Shown piece after piece: positions 58,300 to 64,000 of a stretch of 64,000 bases of DNA (positions are counted from its first letter, which is position 1; the number at the start of each line of letters is the position of its first letter). The position numbers and the translations under genes are program-made. The stretch covers positions 32,001-96,000 of the forward strand of contig CAWBWI010000005.1 in the NCBI GenBank assembly GCA_963792585.1. The letters run 5' to 3'. A model generated the notes under the pieces. The model saw only the letters and a program-made list of their open reading frames with translations, was not told the origin of the DNA and did not search any database. The DNA is from Candidatus Eiseniibacteriota bacterium. Lineage in GTDB: Bacteria > Eisenbacteria > RBG-16-71-46 > CAIMUX01 > VGJL01.

Positions 58300-60423
58300 A
58301 TGCCCCGACACCCGATAACCGTCGAAGATCTGTGGGCGCTACCGCGCGTTGGCGCGCCGGTTCCCTCCCCCGACGGCGCGGAGGTTCTCGTTCCGGTCGC
58401 TACCTACTCGATGGAGTCCAACGAGGGGGCTACCCGTCTCTGGCTGGTGCCCGCCGACGCGGACGGCGCCGGCTCAGGACGCGCCGGGGACCGCGCGCGC
58501 CCGCTGACCACCGCCGAAGCATCGAGCGGCCAACCCGCGTGGAGCCCGGAGGGCGCGCGCATCGCTTTCGTACGCAAACCCGGGGGAGCGAAGAACGAGA
58601 CGAAGGGAAAGCCGGGAGCGAAGTACACCGACCAACCTCAGCTCTACGTGATGCCGCTGGCCGGCGGCGAGCCGAAGAGGGTGACCGACCTTCCCCTGGG
58701 CGTCGTGGACCCGCGGTGGTTCCCGGACGGCCGGAGGATCGCCTTCCTTTCGCCGGTCTACGTCGATGCGCTCAACCTCGATTCCGCCGCGAAGCGCGCG
58801 AAGGATATCGAGGAGAACCCCGTCAAGGCGACGGTGACCGAGGATCGTTTCTATCGGCTGTGGGACCAGTGGCTCACGGACGGCAAGATCCACCATCTCT
58901 TCGTGATCGACCTCGATACGGGGAAGATCCAGGACCTGACCCCCGAATCGCGCCGCTGGTTCAACCCGGATGATCCGACGAACCAGTATCGGATCTCACC
59001 GGACGGCACGGAGATCGTCTTTGCGGCATGCCGGACGCAGCCGCCGCACGATCCCGTCCTCTGGGGCATCTTCACCGTTGCGGTTCCCGCGCGGGTCGGC
59101 GTACGCGCCGGGCGCGTTCGCCCGCTGACCAACGGCTATCCCGCCGACGTCTCGAATCCCATCTACTCCCCCGACGGCCGCTGGATCGTCTTCGGCATGC
59201 AGCGCGAGTACGATTTCTATGCCGACCGGACGCGCCTGGTCGCGTTCGATCGTTCCCGCGGCACCCACTCGGTCCTCACGGAGGGCTGGCAGCTCTCGGC
59301 TGACTCGTGGAGCTTTGCCGAAGATGGACGGACCCTCGTGATCAGCGCCGGCACCGCCGGGCGCTCCGCGATCTACACGCTCGATCTCGGCGTCGCGCTC
59401 GCGGAGAGGGGGAAGGCAAGGCCCAGGGAATTCCTGCGCGGCGGCTCCTTCAGCGCGCCGCGGATCGCCGGCGGCCGGTTGTTCATGAGCCGCTCGTCGC
59501 TCCGCGAACCGCCCGAGGCGGTCGTCTGCGCGATCGGCTCGAAGAAGGTCAAGAGACTGACCGGCTTCACCGACCCTGTGATGCGAACCATCCAGGTGCC
59601 CTCCGTCGAAGAGGTCATCTTCACCGGGGCCGATGGGGACCCCGTGCAGATGTACCTTCTCTACCCGCCCGGCGTGCGCCCCACTCCCGAAGGACGTCGC
59701 CCCGCGAAACGGATGCCGCTGGTCCAGATGATCCACGGCGGTCCGCATGCCGCGTTCGGGGACGAGTGGCACTGGAGGTGGAACGCCCAGGCCTTCGCTG
59801 CCCCGGGCTACGTCGTCGCGCTCGTCAACTTCCACGGCTCGACCGGTTGGGGGCAGAAGTTCGCGGCATCGATCCTCGGTAGCTGGGGGGATCAGCCTTA
59901 CCGTGACGTGATGGCCGCCACCGACTATCTCATCGAGCGTGGAATCGCGGATCCGAAGCGGATGGCCGCGACGGGAGGCTCCTACGGCGGCTACCTGGCC
60001 GCATGGATCGCCTCCCAGACCGATCGATTCGCCGCGATCGTGAATCACGCTGGGGTCTGCGACTTCCAGACGCAGTACGCATCCGACGTCACGCAGGGGC
60101 GCGCACGCTCCATGGGCGGCGAACCGTGGGACAACATCGAGGGGATGGATCGCTACAATCCGATGCGCTTCGCAGCGGGCTTCCGCACCCCGATGCTCGT
60201 CATCCACGGCGAGAGGGACTACCGCGTGCCCCACGCCCAAGGCATCGAGATCTACAATGTCTACAAGGCCATGAAGCTGCCCGCACGGCTCATTTGCTAC
60301 CCCGATGAGAACCACTGGATCCTCAAGCCGCGAAACAGCCGCCACTGGTACGGCGAGTTCCTCGGTTGGCTCGATCGTTGGATCGGGGCCGGCTCGAAGA
60401 AGCGCGGAAGGAGGACGCGATGA
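58300..60423 (+). CDS. S9 family (prolyl oligopeptidase/acylaminoacyl) peptidase
   Basis: WSPDG-type propeller repeats, IHGGPH, GGSYGG nucleophile, HGERDYRV and YPDENH. Confidence 0.94.
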   Translation: MPRHPITVEDLWALPRVGAPVPSPDGAEVLVPVATYSMESNEGATRLWLVPADADGAGSGRAGDRARPLTTAEASSGQPAWSPEGARIAFVRKPGGAKNETKGKPGAKYTDQPQLYVMPLAGGEPKRVTDLPLGVVDPRWFPDGRRIAFLSPVYVDALNLDSAAKRAKDIEENPVKATVTEDRFYRLWDQWLTDGKIHHLFVIDLDTGKIQDLTPESRRWFNPDDPTNQYRISPDGTEIVFAACRTQPPHDPVLWGIFTVAVPARVGVRAGRVRPLTNGYPADVSNPIYSPDGRWIVFGMQREYDFYADRTRLVAFDRSRGTHSVLTEGWQLSADSWSFAEDGRTLVISAGTAGRSAIYTLDLGVALAERGKARPREFLRGGSFSAPRIAGGRLFMSRSSLREPPEAVVCAIGSKKVKRLTGFTDPVMRTIQVPSVEEVIFTGADGDPVQMYLLYPPGVRPTPEGRRPAKRMPLVQMIHGGPHAAFGDEWHWRWNAQAFAAPGYVVALVNFHGSTGWGQKFAASILGSWGDQPYRDVMAATDYLIERGIADPKRMAATGGSYGGYLAAWIASQTDRFAAIVNHAGVCDFQTQYASDVTQGRARSMGGEPWDNIEGMDRYNPMRFAAGFRTPMLVIHGERDYRVPHAQGIEIYNVYKAMKLPARLICYPDENHWILKPRNSRHWYGEFLGWLDRWIGAGSKKRGRRTR

Positions 60424-61682
60424 GACGCGCAGGCTTCCTGCTGGCGATCGTTGCGATCGCCACGGCCGGATGCGGCGGATCCCGCATGGCGATCCGTCCC
60501 CTGATCCAGGACTACGACAACTTCGAGCGCGAGGTGCGGAGCATCGAGCCCGAGGCGCCCGCGGCCGAGGCGTGGAGCGCGGCGCAGTCCAATCGCGCCG
60601 CCGCGGATCCCTATATCCAGAAGGGAAAGGACCGGGCTGCGTATCCCTACATGGCGAAGGGGGTGGCCGATCTTCGCGTCGCCCTCGCGGCGGCCGTCGA
60701 GGCGCGGAGCGAGGCGGACGCCGACGAGTGCCGGCGCGCGGTCGAGGAGGCGCGCCAGCGATGGGAGGAGATGATCATCCTGCTCGAGCAGACGGAGCGC
60801 GTCGCGCGACGCACGGCCCCGGGGATCGCCCGGGAAGCCCCGACGCTCGACGAGGGGCCGATCTTGCCGGCAGCCGATCCCGTTGGGACCGTCCCGCCGA
60901 TTCTCGACCCTGGCGCCCTTGCGGAGAGCTGGGGGGCCTGGACGGACGAGGCCGCGGCGCGCGCGATCCCTGCGGCCGATCTCGCCTCGCGATTCGATCC
61001 CTCGATCGCAATCGCGGCGGGGAAGGAATACGACAAGCAGGAGCGACAGCTCCACGCCTACCTGGCGGGACGGACCCTTCAGGAATTGCAGGCGCGCGTG
61101 CGAGGGCGTGTCGCCGACGCTGTCTGCGCCCACGGGACCCTGCTCGCCGCCGGGTTGGGGAATGAACGGGACGCCGGGTTGCGCGCGAGCCTCGAACTCG
61201 AGCGCGGATTGCGGGACGATCTACGCGCCGAACTGGAGAAGGCCCGCGAAGAGGCCCGCACGCGCCAGCAGCAGATCTACGAGGCGATGCAATCCCTGGA
61301 AGGCAAGTACGCCCGGATCACGCAGAGCGCCCGCGGGACGATCGTGAGCCTGGCGGACATCCTCTTCGATTTCGACAAGGCGACTCTCAAGCGCAACGTC
61401 GAGTTCAGCCTGGTCAAGGTCGCGACGATCCTGAACCAGTTCGAGGAGATGAAGATCTCCGTCGAAGGACATACGGACAACATCGGCAAGCCCGACTACA
61501 ACCTCGACCTGTCGAAGCGGCGGGCGCAGGCGGTGCACGACTTCCTGGTCTCCCAGGAGGTCGCCCCGGAGCGGATGACGGTGGACGGCTTCGGCATGAC
61601 CCGTCCGGTCGCGGACAACGGCACGGAGGAGGGGCGGCAGAAGAACCGCCGCGTGGATCTGGTGATCCAGGAGCAGCCCTGA
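60420..61682 (+). CDS. OmpA-like peptidoglycan-binding lipoprotein with long helical N-region
   Basis: Lipobox TAGC; LFDFDKA, VEGHTD, YN..LS.RRA.AV and NRRV. Confidence 0.9.
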   Translation: MRRAGFLLAIVAIATAGCGGSRMAIRPLIQDYDNFEREVRSIEPEAPAAEAWSAAQSNRAAADPYIQKGKDRAAYPYMAKGVADLRVALAAAVEARSEADADECRRAVEEARQRWEEMIILLEQTERVARRTAPGIAREAPTLDEGPILPAADPVGTVPPILDPGALAESWGAWTDEAAARAIPAADLASRFDPSIAIAAGKEYDKQERQLHAYLAGRTLQELQARVRGRVADAVCAHGTLLAAGLGNERDAGLRASLELERGLRDDLRAELEKAREEARTRQQQIYEAMQSLEGKYARITQSARGTIVSLADILFDFDKATLKRNVEFSLVKVATILNQFEEMKISVEGHTDNIGKPDYNLDLSKRRAQAVHDFLVSQEVAPERMTVDGFGMTRPVADNGTEEGRQKNRRVDLVIQEQP

Positions 61683-62197
61683 GGCGGTATCAACCTGATC
61701 GGGCGCTCCCTCCCTATGCGTATCTCTGGGGTCGCCATCCGCACCCGCTCCGCGATCCGCGAGGACACAGCTACCGGAAACCGATGGGCGACCCGCCGCC
61801 GCTCATCCCGATGCGTTGGAGGGACTCTCCCGACTATCTGTACGGGGTCGACCTCTTCAACAACGGCTACTACTGGGAAGCCCACGAAGCTTGGGAAGGA
61901 CTCTGGCGGGCGGCCGGCAAAGTTGGGGTGACGGCGGAGTTCTTGAAGGGCTTGATCAAGCTGACCGCCGCGGCGATCAAGATCCGGGAAGGTCGGTCGG
62001 TAGGGGCGGTTCATCTCGCGGAGGGCGCCATCGGGCATCTGGAGAGCGTCGCCGCATCGAGCGGCTCCCCAACGTACGCGGGGCTGGAGATCGCGTCGGC
62101 GATTCGCATGGCAGAGGGGATACGCTCGTCGGTCCGCGACGGAATGCCGCGCTCGTCACCCATCGTCGCCGATCCGCTGATCCTCGGAAGCTGTTAG
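61679..62197 (+). CDS. DUF309 domain protein
   Basis: GVDLFN.GYYWEAHEAWEGLW and KGLIKL. The open frame extends upstream of ATG 61784 through LPPYAY..GRHPHP to a CTG at 61679. Confidence 0.82.
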   Translation: MRRYQPDRALPPYAYLWGRHPHPLRDPRGHSYRKPMGDPPPLIPMRWRDSPDYLYGVDLFNNGYYWEAHEAWEGLWRAAGKVGVTAEFLKGLIKLTAAAIKIREGRSVGAVHLAEGAIGHLESVAASSGSPTYAGLEIASAIRMAEGIRSSVRDGMPRSSPIVADPLILGSC

Positions 62198-62200
62198 GTC

Positions 62201-63433
62201 ATGAGGGAGACGGTCGATCTCGCCATCGTGGGCGCAGGCGCCGCCGGCTTGATGGCCGGCATTCAGGCCGGCCGAACCGAGCCCTCCCGGAGCATCGTCC
62301 TCCTCGACGGCGCCCGTTCGATCGGAGCGAAGATCCGGGTCTCCGGCGGCGGCAGGTGCAACGTCACGCACGAGCGGGTCGACGAGACCGCCTTTGCGGG
62401 CTCCTCGCGGCACGCGATCCGCAAGGTCCTCCTGCGCTTCGACGTGCCCCGGACGGTCGCCTTCTTCGAGGAGCTCGGCGTCCCGCTGAAGCGCGAGGAA
62501 ACCGGCAAGCTCTTCCCCGTCACCGACGACGCCCGCACCGTCCTCGACGCCCTCCTGCGTGCGGCGCGGACGGCCGGCGCAGAGATCCGCAATCCCTGGC
62601 GCGTGGAAACGATCACGGCTGCCGATCACAACTTCAACCTGAACAGCCCAACGGGTGAGAGCCTGAACGCACGCCGCGTGATTCTCGCGACGGGCGGACG
62701 CAGCATTCCGAAATCCGGGTCGGACGGCCGCGGCTACGCGATCGCGGGAGCTCTTGGACATACGATCTCGCCCGTATTTCCGGCGCTCGTGCCGCTCCTG
62801 CTCGCCGACGATTCGTTCGTGCGGACACTGGGGGGGATCTCCACTCCCGCGACCCTTTCGGTCCGCTCGCCCCGGGGCGGCGGGGCGGTCTCGTTCACCG
62901 GCTCGGTCCTCTGCACCCACTTCGGTATCTCGGGACCAACGACGCTCGACATCAGCCGGTACCTCGTCGAACGGCTCTCGACCGATGCCGGGACCGAGCT
63001 GCGGATCAACTGGCTGCCCGAGGAGTCGGTCGAATCGGCCGATCTCCTGCTGCGCGATCCCGGCGGCACGACGTTTGGGCGCCTCCTCGCCGCCCGATTG
63101 CCGGAGCGTCTCGCGCGCGCCCTCTGCGTCGCGGCCGGCGTGGATCCGTCGGCCCGGCAGGCGACGCGGGAAGAGCGCCGAACTCTTGCGGAGACGCTCT
63201 GCGACCTCCGCCTACCGGTCTCAGGAACGCGCGGCTTCCACTATGCGGAGGTGACGGCGGGCGGGGTGCCCCTGAGCGAGCTGCGGCTCGAAACGATGGA
63301 GTCCCGGGCCTGCCCGGGACTCCACCTGTGCGGAGAGATCTGCGACGTGGACGGCCGTATCGGCGGTTTCAACTTCCAGTGGGCCTGGGCGAGCGGTTAC
63401 GTGGCCGGCGTCAGCGCGTCTTCTTCTCGCTGA
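62201..63433 (+). CDS. HI0933/BaiN family flavoprotein oxidoreductase
   Basis: VGAGAAG, G.KI.VSGGGRCNVT, LATGG.S.P..GSDG.GY, THFGISGP, VTAGGV and GGFNFQWA. Confidence 0.94.
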   Translation: MRETVDLAIVGAGAAGLMAGIQAGRTEPSRSIVLLDGARSIGAKIRVSGGGRCNVTHERVDETAFAGSSRHAIRKVLLRFDVPRTVAFFEELGVPLKREETGKLFPVTDDARTVLDALLRAARTAGAEIRNPWRVETITAADHNFNLNSPTGESLNARRVILATGGRSIPKSGSDGRGYAIAGALGHTISPVFPALVPLLLADDSFVRTLGGISTPATLSVRSPRGGGAVSFTGSVLCTHFGISGPTTLDISRYLVERLSTDAGTELRINWLPEESVESADLLLRDPGGTTFGRLLAARLPERLARALCVAAGVDPSARQATREERRTLAETLCDLRLPVSGTRGFHYAEVTAGGVPLSELRLETMESRACPGLHLCGEICDVDGRIGGFNFQWAWASGYVAGVSASSSR

Positions 63434-64000
63434 ACATCGGCCCGCTCGGACCGAGGACCGTCAACTCGACGACCTCGCCCCCCGCATCACGCACAAAACG
63501 AAAACGACGGTCATCGAGGAACTCCCCCCGAAAGAGATCCTTCCCCACCGGAATCAACGCGATCCGCGGCTGGGTCTCGCGCTGGAAATAGAGGCGGTCG
63601 GCGTCGACGAAGACCTTCCGAATTCCGTAGACGCCGGCATACGCCCTCAGATCCGAGGTCTTGAGGACGATCGGGCGCATCTCGGACTCGAGCGACTCGA
63701 TCGACCAGGCCAAGGACGTCTTGGCCTCCGCGTCGGATTCCTTCGCCTCGAGCGCCTTCAGGGCCTCGATGTGCGCCCGCTTGAGCGCGTCCGCTTGCGG
63801 AACCTCGATATCGGGTTTGACGCCGACCCCTTCCCAGTTCGTACGGGTGACGGGGTTGATCGCCTTGCCCGTGGAAACGAAGGCGACGAAGCCGGCTTCC
63901 AAGGGGAAGAGCCCGCCGGGATGCGCGCCCCCGCCCGTCGTCTCGCCGACGATCGTGGCGCGCTCGAGGTTCTGCAGGTCATAGCTGAACTCCTCGGCCG
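63411..64000 (-). CDS. S41 family peptidase, C-terminal part (continues beyond the window)
   Basis: Frame reads AEEFSYDLQNLERATIVGETTGGGAHP...NWEGVGVKPDIEVP. Confidence 0.88.
   Translation of the reverse strand, partial: AEEFSYDLQNLERATIVGETTGGGAHPGGLFPLEAGFVAFVSTGKAINPVTRTNWEGVGVKPDIEVPQADALKRAHIEALKALEAKESDAEAKTSLAWSIESLESEMRPIVLKTSDLRAYAGVYGIRKVFVDADRLYFQRETQPRIALIPVGKDLFRGEFLDDRRFRFVRDAGGEVVELTVLGPSGPMFSEKKTR

Overview
The window joins two unrelated DNAs at an abrupt junction near 3420. Bases 1-3420 are AT-rich and look cyanobacterial: a ~68-bp tandem repeat, an ammonium transporter with a canonical NtcA box, heptamer-type short repeats, and a 5'-truncated, frameshifted FAD/2Fe-2S oxidoreductase. 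Bases 3421-64000 are high-GC, gene-dense chromosome from a diderm bacterium. Four FlgD/T9SS-like C-terminal tails plus PEP-CTERM proteins suggest an FCB-related candidate lineage such as Ca. Eisenbacteria (inference only). This part carries a two-component pair, clpC, a surA-S4-ftsE-ftsX-envC-holB-ricT-tatD-rsmA-udg superoperon, a sigma54-type receiver/HD-GYP locus, moaDE, two GT-C-like membrane proteins, dsbD, trxA, an ALDH7-type dehydrogenase, lemA-htpX, uvrA, phhA, aroC, an RRM protein, a divergent PEP-CTERM pair, and S9/S41/M28 peptidases. Several conserved genes carry single-base frameshifts typical of long-read consensus error. I found no rRNA, tRNA, CRISPR array, transposase or integrase. 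No clearly new system is demonstrated. The best leads are the secreted-protein and envelope-modification gene set, the PEP-CTERM regulatory region, the Cys-rich HD-GYP locus and an output-less sensor protein.
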